Source: a virus
Taxonomy: Duplodnaviria > Caudoviricetes
Strand: one strand, 5' to 3'
Virus record (IMG/VR): IMGVR_UViG_3300044454_000026
Span: 1-24,956 of that record
DNA length: 24,956 nucleotides
In this document: positions 8,788 to 17,064 of the stretch, piece by piece
Layout of the letters: every line of letters begins with the position of its first letter
Numbering within the stretch: position 1 is the first letter of the stretch
The notes under the pieces: model-generated
Told to the model about the DNA's origin: nothing
Databases searched by the model: none
Seen by the model: the letters and a program-made list of their open reading frames with translations, nothing else
Made by a program: the position numbers and the translations under genes

Positions 8788-9200
8788 TATGGTTTAGCCG
8801 CTAAAATCTCAGCGTCTTTCTCCGCGATTAAAACGTCTTTTTCTGCCAGTTCTCTTGCTTTCTCGTCAATCACCAAGTCTTTGGCGTGCAACTCTTCTCC
8901 ATGCAAGGAAACCTTAGTCTCCAAAAGCTGGACTTGCTGAGTTAAAATACTCACCTTATCTTTCAAATCATCAATCTCAAGTTGCTTCTCATCAATCGCC
9001 GGCATGATTTCTTCCTCCTGAACTACTTGTTCTAAGACCCCGATCTCTTTTAATGCTTCCGCCTCTAAAGTCGCTTCATCGTAAACCTTCTTAAAACATT
9101 TATGGATTCTCTTGACCTCAGACTCATCTTCATAAATAACAAGATCTATATCGAGATTCCCGAACTGTTCGAGGCGGTTGATGTATTCGTAATAAATCAT
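8787..9200 (-). CDS. Acidic coiled-coil hypothetical protein (possible fibre chaperone)
   Basis: 137 aa, Glu/Lys/Leu heptads, repeated xKD-hydrophobic units. TAATG-coupled to the fibre gene. Confidence 0.6.
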   Translation of the reverse strand: MIYYEYINRLEQFGNLDIDLVIYEDESEVKRIHKCFKKVYDEATLEAEALKEIGVLEQVVQEEEIMPAIDEKQLEIDDLKDKVSILTQQVQLLETKVSLHGEELHAKDLVIDEKARELAEKDVLIAEKDAEILAAKP

Positions 9201-9559
9201 GATAATGGTGGTGTTATAACAAATCCAACAAGGGTTATACTATGATTAGCAGTCCCAACAGATGTAATTCCAATATCTTTATTTAACGAAATCTTAACAG
9301 GAGTTTTAAAGCGTTTTGCCATTCCTCCGTTTGCCGCGAAATAATATGGGCCAAGAACAGTTGCAGGAGTGCCTCCAGTATCCTCAACAATCTTAAAATT
9401 AATCGCCGCATCTGTTGAAAATATTAGATCGGTGATATAAAGGGAAAGAGAACTTCCTTGAGCGGCTTTTAAAGATGTATTTGTTTGGGCAGCGGCATAA
9501 TTATTATTAGTTGCCCAACCGTTTGTTACTGGAACGCCTAGATCAACTTTATATGACAT
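9197..9559 (-). CDS. Small beta-sandwich virion protein; probable start is ATG 9559 rather than TTG 9574
   Basis: SD GAGGT lies 8 nt before ATG 9559. The LYITDLIFS...FAANGG...FKTPVK pattern is typical of small phage jelly-roll structural proteins. Confidence 0.6.
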   Translation of the reverse strand: MSYKVDLGVPVTNGWATNNNYAAAQTNTSLKAAQGSSLSLYITDLIFSTDAAINFKIVEDTGGTPATVLGPYYFAANGGMAKRFKTPVKISLNKDIGITSVGTANHSITLVGFVITPPLS

Positions 9560-9632
9560 TGGTAGAGACCTCAATGGACATTGAAGCCTCTACCATGTCG
9601 GTAGGATAGCTTGTCTCAGGTTACTGAAACAA
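9555..9632 (-). promoter_or_regulatory. Two tandem RNA hairpins; the second sequesters the SD and AUG of the 9197..9559 gene
   Basis: Minus strand: TTGTTTCAG-TAAC-CTGAGACAA (9632-9611), then GACATGGTAGAGGCTTCAAT-GTCC-ATTGAGGTCTCTACC(A)ATGTC (9599-9555). Confidence 0.7.
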
Positions 9633-9633
9633 A

Positions 9634-10053
9634 TTATAAACGAACGCTTGGAACGTCAGCGGGAATATCAAACCCGCCTTTACGACCCTTCCCTTGCATT
9701 GATTCATCATCTCCACCGCTTCGGAATACTGGTGCTTGACGACGAACTTCTTCTTTATGCTCGTTAACTTGAGATTTCTTCTTCAAATAATCTTCTTCCG
9801 CTTTCTTAATATCCCATCCGTAGGTTTTAAGATATTCATCAACATCCTTAAAACCCATTTGACGAGCGCGAGTCTGTAATTCAGGGTCTAATCTAAAAGA
9901 TTGACCGAGACTATTTACACCCTCCTCTTTAAGCTGTTCTAAAGCCGCACGATCAAGCCCTTCATAAACTTCCTTACCTCTCGGAGCATTCGGATCAACG
10001 ACTCGTTCTTGTGCTGGTTCCCAAATTCCACCCTTACTCACCCATGACGGCAT
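9634..10053 (-). CDS. Hypothetical charged protein
   Basis: 139 aa with a strong SD (AAGGAGG) upstream. Confidence 0.75.
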   Translation of the reverse strand: MPSWVSKGGIWEPAQERVVDPNAPRGKEVYEGLDRAALEQLKEEGVNSLGQSFRLDPELQTRARQMGFKDVDEYLKTYGWDIKKAEEDYLKKKSQVNEHKEEVRRQAPVFRSGGDDESMQGKGRKGGFDIPADVPSVRL

Positions 10054-10082
10054 TAAAGCCTCCTTGTTAGTTTAGCTTGCCT

Positions 10083-10472
10083 TTAATACAATAAAATCCA
10101 CTTGTTCGCCGCATAATCAACAAGACGAATACATCCGAATTTTCCGATAACTCGTTGAGAAGTACTTCCATCCATTGTGTCAGATCCATCTGCCGCAATA
10201 GAAATCGCCCCGGTATTAATACTCTTAATCTGAACACGCCTACCAGAACCAGACGCAGCAGGAAGAGTTACTGTAAATTCGGTAGTCGCATTACAAACAA
10301 CAACGTCAACTGTATCCTCCACAACATAAGTCGTGGTTTGGACAGTAACTCCAAGTTTCCTACCTTTAGTCGTTGTAATCTCTCCATCATCATAAATCGA
10401 AGAGTTTTCAAGTTGCGGATGTGAAGAAACAATCCCTTTATATTTTGGGACATAATTTGCCGTAAGTGCCAT
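10083..10472 (-). CDS. Putative virion structural protein with a fibre-type beta domain
   Basis: TYVV..T.DVVVCNAT..FTVTLPAA..SGR.VQIK.I..G.ISI..DGSDTMDG...W motif, common in phage tail and virion proteins. Confidence 0.7.
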   Translation of the reverse strand: MALTANYVPKYKGIVSSHPQLENSSIYDDGEITTTKGRKLGVTVQTTTYVVEDTVDVVVCNATTEFTVTLPAASGSGRRVQIKSINTGAISIAADGSDTMDGSTSQRVIGKFGCIRLVDYAANKWILLY

Positions 10473-10473
10473 C

Positions 10474-10773
10474 TTATGCCTCCTCTTGACGATAAGTAAT
10501 TACAGAACTAATACCAGCACCCGTAACCACATCTGCAAAACATCCTCCAGGGAAAAGTAAACCTTCTTCCCCGAATTCATTTGTGACGCTCACATTCGCA
10601 GTTCCAGTCCTCTGAAAATAGATTGTTCCTGAAGTACTTGTTCCGTTACGAAGAAGAACTTGACGAGTACTTCCATCACATAATGATGTAATCTGAAATA
10701 CTCTTGTAGGTGCTCCAGAAGTACCTACTGCTATATCAGCAGTTACTAGTTGTGTAGAAGATGCGCCTATCAT
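10474..10773 (-). CDS. Small Ser/Thr-rich virion protein, paralogue of 10770..11072
   Basis: Shares TAD.A.GTSGA..RVF, LRNGT, FG.EG..F..GCF.D and ITYR.E with its neighbour. Confidence 0.7.
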   Translation of the reverse strand: MIGASSTQLVTADIAVGTSGAPTRVFQITSLCDGSTRQVLLRNGTSTSGTIYFQRTGTANVSVTNEFGEEGLLFPGGCFADVVTGAGISSVITYRQEEA

Positions 10774-11072
10774 GATTCCACCCGATAGGTAATCAACGCA
10801 TTCACCATACTAGCCGTAAAGTCTAAGAAACATCCAGACCCAAATACCATTCCTTCTCGTCCGAAATTGAGAGTCACCGTTGTTGAGATCGTTCCTGCTG
10901 CATTAACATAAATTTGGTCAGTATCAGCAGTTCCATTCCTAAGAACCAACGCTCTTGCCGTTCCGTCTGAAAGCCAAGATGCTGAGAATACTCGAATTCG
11001 CGCACCGGAGGTTCCAATCGCACTATCCGCCGTCTTATAAACCGTTGTAGTTGTTCCTAAAGCATAAGGCAT
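10770..11072 (-). CDS. Small Ser/Thr-rich virion protein, paralogue of 10474..10773
   Basis: Same shared motifs as its neighbour. ATGA coupling. SD AGGAG inside the end of the upstream gene. Confidence 0.7.
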   Translation of the reverse strand: MPYALGTTTTVYKTADSAIGTSGARIRVFSASWLSDGTARALVLRNGTADTDQIYVNAAGTISTTVTLNFGREGMVFGSGCFLDFTASMVNALITYRVES

Positions 11073-11073
11073 A

Positions 11074-11961
11074 TTATTCTCTCCTAAACTTATTTATAGC
11101 GTCAAGTATGACATTAACGCGGTGATCTATTGTATGATTCGCGATAACGTGTTCATACCCGGCATTAGCAATTCTATCGCGTTCTTCGTCATGTTCTAGG
11201 TAGTATTTTGCTTTTTCCACCATATCGTCTAAATTATCATACATGACACAGTGAACTCCGTCTGTGAGTAACTCCTCTAATGCCTTAACTCGGCTTGTAA
11301 GAAGGAATCCACCAGATCCCAATACCTCAAAATTCCGCATGTTTACGTCTTCATTAAGGGCGATATTGAAGCAAATCTTGGAGTCTGCGTAGATCCTAGC
11401 GCAATCCTCAAATTGACGTTGTCCGAAGAAGAAGTTGGGAAACTCCTTAAACAAACGGTCTAACGCCATTACCCTCTCTTCGCAGTTAATATGTCCAACA
11501 AAACAGACATCATTATGTTTTGTTAATAGTTCGTATCTAGGATAGGCTTGCGGCTCAACTCCGCAAGGTAGCCAAATTGCATTAACCCCATCCTTCGCAA
11601 ACTGTTCAACCGCTGGCTTCTGAGCGGAAAACACAATATCTGATTTCTTAGCAATTCCCAACCTATAACTATACGAATCACCAGATACATGAGTATCAGT
11701 CGGCCAATAAATAATCGGGTCTTTCCCGTTCTTCTCAGGAAACACTGGGGTATAGGGAAGAACATGTCTAAGTCCATCTTCACCCCAATCACACCAAATA
11801 TGAGCGTCATAATGCCCCTGAATTAGTTTATCCCCAATAGGGGCGAGATGATCTACTTCGAGGAGTCCTTTGGCCTGTTTTTTCTTTAGACAGTTCCAGA
11901 CATACAACGGATTTCCGTCATTGCGCCCAAGACGGCTCTCGTAGTAAATCGCAATCCTCAT
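11074..11961 (-). CDS. GT-B glycosyltransferase (CgeB / Glyco_trans_1_2-like)
   Basis: DVCFVGH...R, YADSKICFN, VNMRNFEVLGSGGFLLT, KYYLEHDEERDRIANAGYEHV..NHT..HR. Confidence 0.85.
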   Translation of the reverse strand: MRIAIYYESRLGRNDGNPLYVWNCLKKKQAKGLLEVDHLAPIGDKLIQGHYDAHIWCDWGEDGLRHVLPYTPVFPEKNGKDPIIYWPTDTHVSGDSYSYRLGIAKKSDIVFSAQKPAVEQFAKDGVNAIWLPCGVEPQAYPRYELLTKHNDVCFVGHINCEERVMALDRLFKEFPNFFFGQRQFEDCARIYADSKICFNIALNEDVNMRNFEVLGSGGFLLTSRVKALEELLTDGVHCVMYDNLDDMVEKAKYYLEHDEERDRIANAGYEHVIANHTIDHRVNVILDAINKFRRE

Positions 11962-12641
11962 TTAGGTCTCCTATATTGAAGTACCGCAATCCCTGTTGAA
12001 ATGTTCTCGTCGAGAGTCATATCGTTGCCGTCCGCTACATGCGCCGCGAATAACGCCAACTTATACTTCCCGTTAAATACTTTCTCCAATACCGCAATTT
12101 CAACTTGCTGTAACTGAACATCATCACAGATAATTATTGCCTCATCTGAAAGCATTGGTTCTGCCCACTCAAAAGCGGCCATAGTTTGATCGTAATTGTG
12201 ATACCCATCAATATACAAAGTCCCAATAGTTCTTGGCTCTGGAAATTGAAGTTTTACTTGTCTGAAGTCATGTTCAAAAAAACTAATACTCTTATTCCAA
12301 ACCATCTTGGCGATATTATTCTTAATCTTCTTTCTTACTTCAGCTTTCTTTTGCTCAAGAATTTCGGGGCATGTAAAATCAGCTAATGATAGATCGTCAA
12401 TTCCAACACACGGAACATTATTCTGATATGCAGCACAACACAACGTATACCCGCTATACGTCCCAATCTCCACATAACACTCTTTATCCTTATCGCAACA
12501 CTTCACCGCGTAATTAATGATCTTCGCGGTTTTTGGGGAAGACAACCCATCCATATCAGCTCGCATGGCGTGGAAAGGCATTTCGCCTTCTGACGAACAC
12601 AGTAACCGCATTAGATTATTTCTAAACTTGAGTAAGTTCAC
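11958..12641 (-). CDS. Class I SAM-dependent methyltransferase (Methyltransf_24-like; probable O-methyltransferase)
   Basis: Motifs YVEIGTYSG, VGIDD, LYIDGYHNY, IIICDDV. Confidence 0.85.
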   Translation of the reverse strand: MNLLKFRNNLMRLLCSSEGEMPFHAMRADMDGLSSPKTAKIINYAVKCCDKDKECYVEIGTYSGYTLCCAAYQNNVPCVGIDDLSLADFTCPEILEQKKAEVRKKIKNNIAKMVWNKSISFFEHDFRQVKLQFPEPRTIGTLYIDGYHNYDQTMAAFEWAEPMLSDEAIIICDDVQLQQVEIAVLEKVFNGKYKLALFAAHVADGNDMTLDENISTGIAVLQYRRPK

Positions 12642-13278
12642 GAGAACCTTTTCTATTGTTTTTACCCACTGATGCTGGAGCGATCATAAGAGTCATAAAC
12701 TTTTCTGGATTCTTCTTAATCACGCAAATTCCGATGCCATCAGAAATCCAAGAGTGAAGACTGTACGCGTAACGATTAACTGAAAGCATATCAATGATAG
12801 CCAAAGTCATGCCACCGTACTTGTCACCGTACTCCCTTATTTCATTTAGCGGGTACTTACTTCTATTCGCGTAAGTATCATCAACTTCATTTGCTACTGC
12901 CACCCCAGTATTGTAGTAAAACACCTCAACATCATGGATAACGATAGTGCATCCATGCTTCATCTTTGAGTGGAGAGCGGCCAACTCTTTTTCCATCGTC
13001 CAGTAATTGTGGTCGGTATCAAGAAGTACAAAATCAAACTCGTTATCCTCTAACTTTGAAATCTCCTCATATGAGATTCCCCTAATGCGCCTAACACCAT
13101 CTTCTTTCATCTCAAGGTCGTCGGAGATGCAGGTGAGTTTGAAATCCAACTCATTCTGAAGAGATAGAATATTCTCAGTCATCTTCCCTTCAAGACATCC
13201 AATCTCCAAAATATGAATGGGCTTATTGTCGAGGATCAACTGCTTGATATTTAGCCCTTTTTCCCAATGATTGTTCAT
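12622..13278 (-). CDS. Class I SAM-dependent methyltransferase (Methyltransf_24-like); probable start is ATG 13278
   Basis: Motifs ILEIGCLEG, FDFVLLDTDHNY, IVIHDV. ATG 13278 overlaps the upstream stop (ATGA). Confidence 0.8.
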   Translation of the reverse strand: MNNHWEKGLNIKQLILDNKPIHILEIGCLEGKMTENILSLQNELDFKLTCISDDLEMKEDGVRRIRGISYEEISKLEDNEFDFVLLDTDHNYWTMEKELAALHSKMKHGCTIVIHDVEVFYYNTGVAVANEVDDTYANRSKYPLNEIREYGDKYGGMTLAIIDMLSVNRYAYSLHSWISDGIGICVIKKNPEKFMTLMIAPASVGKNNRKGSRELTQV

Positions 13279-14006
13279 AGCACCTGCTGTTTTACGCAAT
13301 CAAACCAGGTCTTAAAACCATGCTTCTTAATCAAAGCCTTATTCACATTATCCACCATCTTCTGGCTGTTCCAACCACCATCTTTATCCTGTCCACCCTT
13401 AACACGAGTACCAGTTTGGAACCCATGATGGATTAGGAATGAACCCGGATGAACGAATAGTTTCTTACCTGCTTTTCGCATACGAATCGACAAATCGAAA
13501 TCGTCACCACCTGGAAGAGTTTCATCAACACCACCGACCTCTTCAAGAGTAGAACGCTTCATTAGAGCACAGAAGAATATAAGCCATGAGACTTCAGTGA
13601 GCTGAGTGGGTGCGTTCTGAGCGTAAATAGACTGTAGACCAGCGGCGCATGTCGTCACAGGCCCAATCATTCCGCAATCCACACTCATCAACTCATCGTA
13701 AAAGTTTATTTGGTTCTGTGGGATATGCACATCATCGTTTTGAAAGCAGACGTATTCGCCCTTGGCGACTTTAAGTCCTTCAATCAGGCCGCCTTCCCAT
13801 CCTCGGTTATCCTTACAGTTGACAACTTGGAGAGAACGCTTCGCCATGATGTGAGCGAAGTCTTTATCGCAAGGTTGCTTCCCGTTATTGACGATCACTA
13901 ATTCCCTATCGCCTTTGTCAAAGAACCCAATCCGAGTCATGGAGTTAACCATCTGGATCAGTTGGTCGGCGTTATTCCATGTCGGCACAATAACAGATAA
14001 TTTCAT
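13275..14006 (-). CDS. Glycosyltransferase family 2 (GT-A)
   Basis: KLSVIVPTWN, LVIVNNG, NRGW.GG...G...AKGEYVCFQNDDV, VGGVDE...GGDDFDLSIR...AG. Confidence 0.9.
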   Translation of the reverse strand: MKLSVIVPTWNNADQLIQMVNSMTRIGFFDKGDRELVIVNNGKQPCDKDFAHIMAKRSLQVVNCKDNRGWEGGLIEGLKVAKGEYVCFQNDDVHIPQNQINFYDELMSVDCGMIGPVTTCAAGLQSIYAQNAPTQLTEVSWLIFFCALMKRSTLEEVGGVDETLPGGDDFDLSIRMRKAGKKLFVHPGSFLIHHGFQTGTRVKGGQDKDGGWNSQKMVDNVNKALIKKHGFKTWFDCVKQQVL

Positions 14007-14758
14007 CCCATCACCAACGTAGCCTTATCGCTGCACTTTCCGTTATACTCGTAGTATCGAGCCTTCTCAAACCCGTTCTCTTTTCGGTAGTTCTGAACGT
14101 ACTCTTCGGTGATGTTTGTAGCATTACCGATATGCCCCAACTTACAGGCAGTATCCATAAACACCTTGAATCCAAGTTTTCTGGCCTTGTAGCAGAACAG
14201 GATGTCCTCACCAGTCCCGCAAGTCGACATGAACGGTTTCGGGCCGATTGCCTCAAGGACTTTACGCTTGATGAGAACCGCCCCAAACCCAACCGCATCG
14301 CACTCCACCAACTTATCCTTCGGATAATTCATCACCGTGTTATTGATGAAGTAATCCTTCTTCTCAACGGCGTCATAGCCCTCAACACAGTGATATAACA
14401 CTGGCGAGTGCGGCGGATTTCGAGTGAACGCAAGCGGTGCCACAATATCAACATCATGCTTCACTAACTGCTCAAACATATCATCTGGACACGTCATATC
14501 ATCATCAATCATGTAGAGATAATCGCATCCAGACTCCAAACACAACTGAACGGCTGAATCTCTGGCGACGGGTGTGAAAATGCGACCCATCACAGAGAAG
14601 TAAAACTCATAGCGGGGATTAGCGTTCGTAAGACGACCTGTTGCTTCTAGCTGCCCAAGATGAAGAAAATTTACGAGCCGATTGGCGTAAGCCATAGGAT
14701 TCGTGTACCCCATGTTGGGGATTGAAATGGCAACCTTAACGAGTCCGTCTTCCGTCAT
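14003..14758 (-). CDS. GT-A fold glycosyltransferase (phage GT2-like)
   Basis: DYLYMIDDDM (DxD), VECDAVGFGAVLIKRKVLE, GEDILFC.KA...GFKVFMD....GHIG. Confidence 0.85.
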   Translation of the reverse strand: MTEDGLVKVAISIPNMGYTNPMAYANRLVNFLHLGQLEATGRLTNANPRYEFYFSVMGRIFTPVARDSAVQLCLESGCDYLYMIDDDMTCPDDMFEQLVKHDVDIVAPLAFTRNPPHSPVLYHCVEGYDAVEKKDYFINNTVMNYPKDKLVECDAVGFGAVLIKRKVLEAIGPKPFMSTCGTGEDILFCYKARKLGFKVFMDTACKLGHIGNATNITEEYVQNYRKENGFEKARYYEYNGKCSDKATLVMG

Positions 14759-14943
14759 CTAATCACCCCGATCATTACAAGAAACAGTTCAAACATGGAG
14801 ATGTTGAACGGCCTCTTAATTTTGTGTCCGCCGTGTAACCTGAGAGAATGCTGCGAGTCAGTCGCTACACTGTCACAGGTCACACAGCGGAACAAATTGA
14901 TTGGCTTGCGAAACGGTAGTTTTATCGTTCCGTAGACAACCAT
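14755..14943 (-). CDS. Small hypothetical protein with CxxC and His residues (possible zinc binder) heading the glycosylation cassette
   Basis: 62 aa, FRCVTCD...H..H..H. ATGA-coupled to the first glycosyltransferase. Confidence 0.55.
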   Translation of the reverse strand: MVVYGTIKLPFRKPINLFRCVTCDSVATDSQHSLRLHGGHKIKRPFNISMFELFLVMIGVIR

Positions 14944-14948
14944 GTTAA

Positions 14949-15434
14949 TTACAACGCCCGAACCATACCGCTAACATAGGTCGCAGCCGACACAGTGTTA
15001 GGAACAGTCGTAGTCGCAATGACGTACGGTTTCACTTCGCCTACCAAACTTTGGGCGGTATAAACCGAAAGAGCCGCATTCACGACGAGCGCACCACGAG
15101 CGGAGCTATAAAACGCTCCAGCAACAGCAGACGGCCAAAGCCAATCACCCTTGGTGATCGTAATGGACGTTCCAGCGTTTGACAGGAGGATGCTATCGGC
15201 AATACCCCAGCACACGACAGTCCCGTAACCATTCACGGGAATATCTTGGCGGGAAATACCGACGAACATCGAACCATAGCTCGTCGCGGGATTCTTCACA
15301 GCGTTAATACCGTCAATCGACGTAGCGGACTGAAGGATCACTCCGAGGCCCGTAGTCAACGTGGCGGCATCCACATTCTTTACGACGATGCAAACTTGCT
15401 CACCGTCCGCTTTTGTTAATTGCTTAATCAACAT
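14949..15434 (-). CDS. Capsid decoration/cement-like protein
   Basis: 161 aa. FVGI...DIPVNGYG.VVCWG and ITKGD.L motifs typical of head decoration proteins. SD AAGGAG. Close to the capsid gene. Confidence 0.65.
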   Translation of the reverse strand: MLIKQLTKADGEQVCIVVKNVDAATLTTGLGVILQSATSIDGINAVKNPATSYGSMFVGISRQDIPVNGYGTVVCWGIADSILLSNAGTSITITKGDWLWPSAVAGAFYSSARGALVVNAALSVYTAQSLVGEVKPYVIATTTVPNTVSAATYVSGMVRAL

Positions 15435-15447
15435 CTTAATTCTCCTT

Positions 15448-15515
15448 TGTCTCGTGGGGCGGTGTACCTTGGATGAGTCAAGCTCACCACCAGGCCTCTT
15501 CGCCCACGAAAGACA
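15448..15515 (-). promoter_or_regulatory. 68-nt extended RNA stem-loop in the intergenic region, ending at the SD of the decoration gene
   Basis: Nested arms TGTCT/AGACA, CGTGGG/CCCACG, CG/CG, GCCT/AGGT, GG/CC and GTGAG/CTCAT around loop CTTGA. No U-tract follows. Confidence 0.6.
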
Positions 15516-15519
15516 TTAA

Positions 15520-15789
15520 TTACGATTTTGTCAAAACATAGAGAGTTCCAGCCCGCCCATCTTCGCCACAACTGAACGTAAATGTTTGGGTTGTATCACT
15601 CCATGTCACGTCAATAACATTACTTGTCTGTGTTGTTGAGTCGTCGGTCGGATTGCACCAATACCCGATAACCCCCTGAAGTTTTGGCCCCCATGTATTT
15701 GTATCATCAATGTTTGAAAACTTTGCAGTAATCAAACGCATGGAACCCATACTTTCATTACTCACAGAGGTAAGAGTTGCGTCTGCCAT
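15520..15789 (-). CDS. Small capsid-associated protein, paralogue of 15802..16065
   Basis: Shares E..GS, DD..TW, GYW.N.TDD, TQT, IDV, TFTF..GED.R and LYVL with its neighbour. Confidence 0.7.
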   Translation of the reverse strand: MADATLTSVSNESMGSMRLITAKFSNIDDTNTWGPKLQGVIGYWCNPTDDSTTQTSNVIDVTWSDTTQTFTFSCGEDGRAGTLYVLTKS

Positions 15790-15801
15790 AAGACACCCCC
15801 T

Positions 15802-16065
15802 TTACGCATTGGAGAGAACATAGAGCATAATACCTCTATTGTCCTCACCCAAGTTAAAGGTGAACGTCCCAGAAGCCTCTGAGACATCAATCCCTTCCTT
15901 TGTCTGAGTGGGGTCGTCAGTACCATTGGCCCAATACCCAACAATGCCAGAAAGTCCAGAGGCCCAAGTATCACCGTCATCTGCGGTTGCCGCAAATGTT
16001 GCGATATGAAGAACCTTAGATCCAGCATTCTCAATAACATGTAGTGTTGGTGTAATAGCAGCCAT
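15802..16065 (-). CDS. Small capsid-associated protein, paralogue of 15520..15789
   Basis: Directly after the capsid gene, SD AAAGGAG, shared motifs with its neighbour. Confidence 0.7.
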   Translation of the reverse strand: MAAITPTLHVIENAGSKVLHIATFAATADDGDTWASGLSGIVGYWANGTDDPTQTKEGIDVSEASGTFTFNLGEDNRGIMLYVLSNA

Positions 16066-16091
16066 ATTAAGCTCCTTTCGTTATCTGCTTA

Positions 16092-17042
16092 TTAAGCAGT
16101 AACTCCAGTTAACTTAAAATGACGACGGCGGTTATTAGTGACCAAATTCCCACGCCACAGAATGAAGGCAACCTTTGCCGTCTGGTTCACAGGCATGACG
16201 AACGGAGTCATTGCGAAGTCAGTTTCCGTGTCAACGCACAGATCAATATACCGACGATTAAGACCATAAATAAGACCCGATCCAATGAAATTCCCGTAAG
16301 TAAAGGGAATCCCCTTGTAGGTCAGATTCGTAGCCCCAGCATTGAACGTCAGATTCCCGTTCTGGATACGTTCCAGAGGAAGCCGAGTCTGTTCAAAATA
16401 CTGGAAGATAGTCTTCGTCGTAATATAGATGTCCGGGCGATCTTCATCAGAAGCCGAGGCAACCGCATACGTCGCAGTAGTCATATCCGTAAGCCCTTGA
16501 GCGGCGAAAGAACCGGATGCCGTAACCGTGGATTGCCAGAAAGTATCCGTGGCACCCGCAACAGTTCCGAGCGTTCCAGTGTTCACCAAAGTTCCAAGGT
16601 CAATGAGATTGTTCGCTCCACTAACCGCAACCGAGAGAGCGTTTTCAAGACGCTTCTGGATCGCGAGTTCAGACCGTTCAATCTTTTCGCCTACGAGATC
16701 AATGATCTTATGAGCCTGCCCGCTGTTGATACGTTCTTCATCACGCGTCAACTGGATCGGTTCATAAGCGTTCTGCCAACGGTATTCAACCAGTGTCTCA
16801 GTATCCGTTTGATTGGTATTGAGGTTGGTTGCGCCGAGGTAGAATCCGCCATTGTTCTGATCAGCCTTAATCAACGGATACACGATGGAAACTCCACCAT
16901 CAATCATCCGTTTACGTTCTTTGAGCAACCGCAACAGGACGTTGCTGTTGTAAATGTTGTCCGTAATAGTCTTGCTGTAGTCAGCGAGTGATGTCGCTAA
17001 CGTAGCATCAAGACTCGACGGAATGAAAAGTTCATTCGCCAT
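16092..17042 (-). CDS. Major capsid protein (podovirus-type, HK97 fold)
   Basis: 316 aa. ITDNIYNSNVLL..L, DGG.SI.YPL, RPDIYITT, G..NLTYKGIP and C-terminal W.GNLVTNNRRRHFKL. Follows the scaffold gene. SD AAGGAG and a double stop. Confidence 0.9.
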   Translation of the reverse strand: MANELFIPSSLDATLATSLADYSKTITDNIYNSNVLLRLLKERKRMIDGGVSIVYPLIKADQNNGGFYLGATNLNTNQTDTETLVEYRWQNAYEPIQLTRDEERINSGQAHKIIDLVGEKIERSELAIQKRLENALSVAVSGANNLIDLGTLVNTGTLGTVAGATDTFWQSTVTASGSFAAQGLTDMTTATYAVASASDEDRPDIYITTKTIFQYFEQTRLPLERIQNGNLTFNAGATNLTYKGIPFTYGNFIGSGLIYGLNRRYIDLCVDTETDFAMTPFVMPVNQTAKVAFILWRGNLVTNNRRRHFKLTGVTA

Positions 17043-17064
17043 TGTAAAACTCCTTGATTATGTT

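Noticed and set aside
16066-16110. Read-through or frameshift extension of the capsid protein into the next small gene
   Set aside because: There are tandem TAA stops, no obvious slippery heptamer, and the next gene has its own strong SD.
16119-16991. 290-aa plus-strand ORF opposite the major capsid gene
   Set aside because: It is an in-register antisense shadow of a codon-biased gene, with no recognisable motif or SD.
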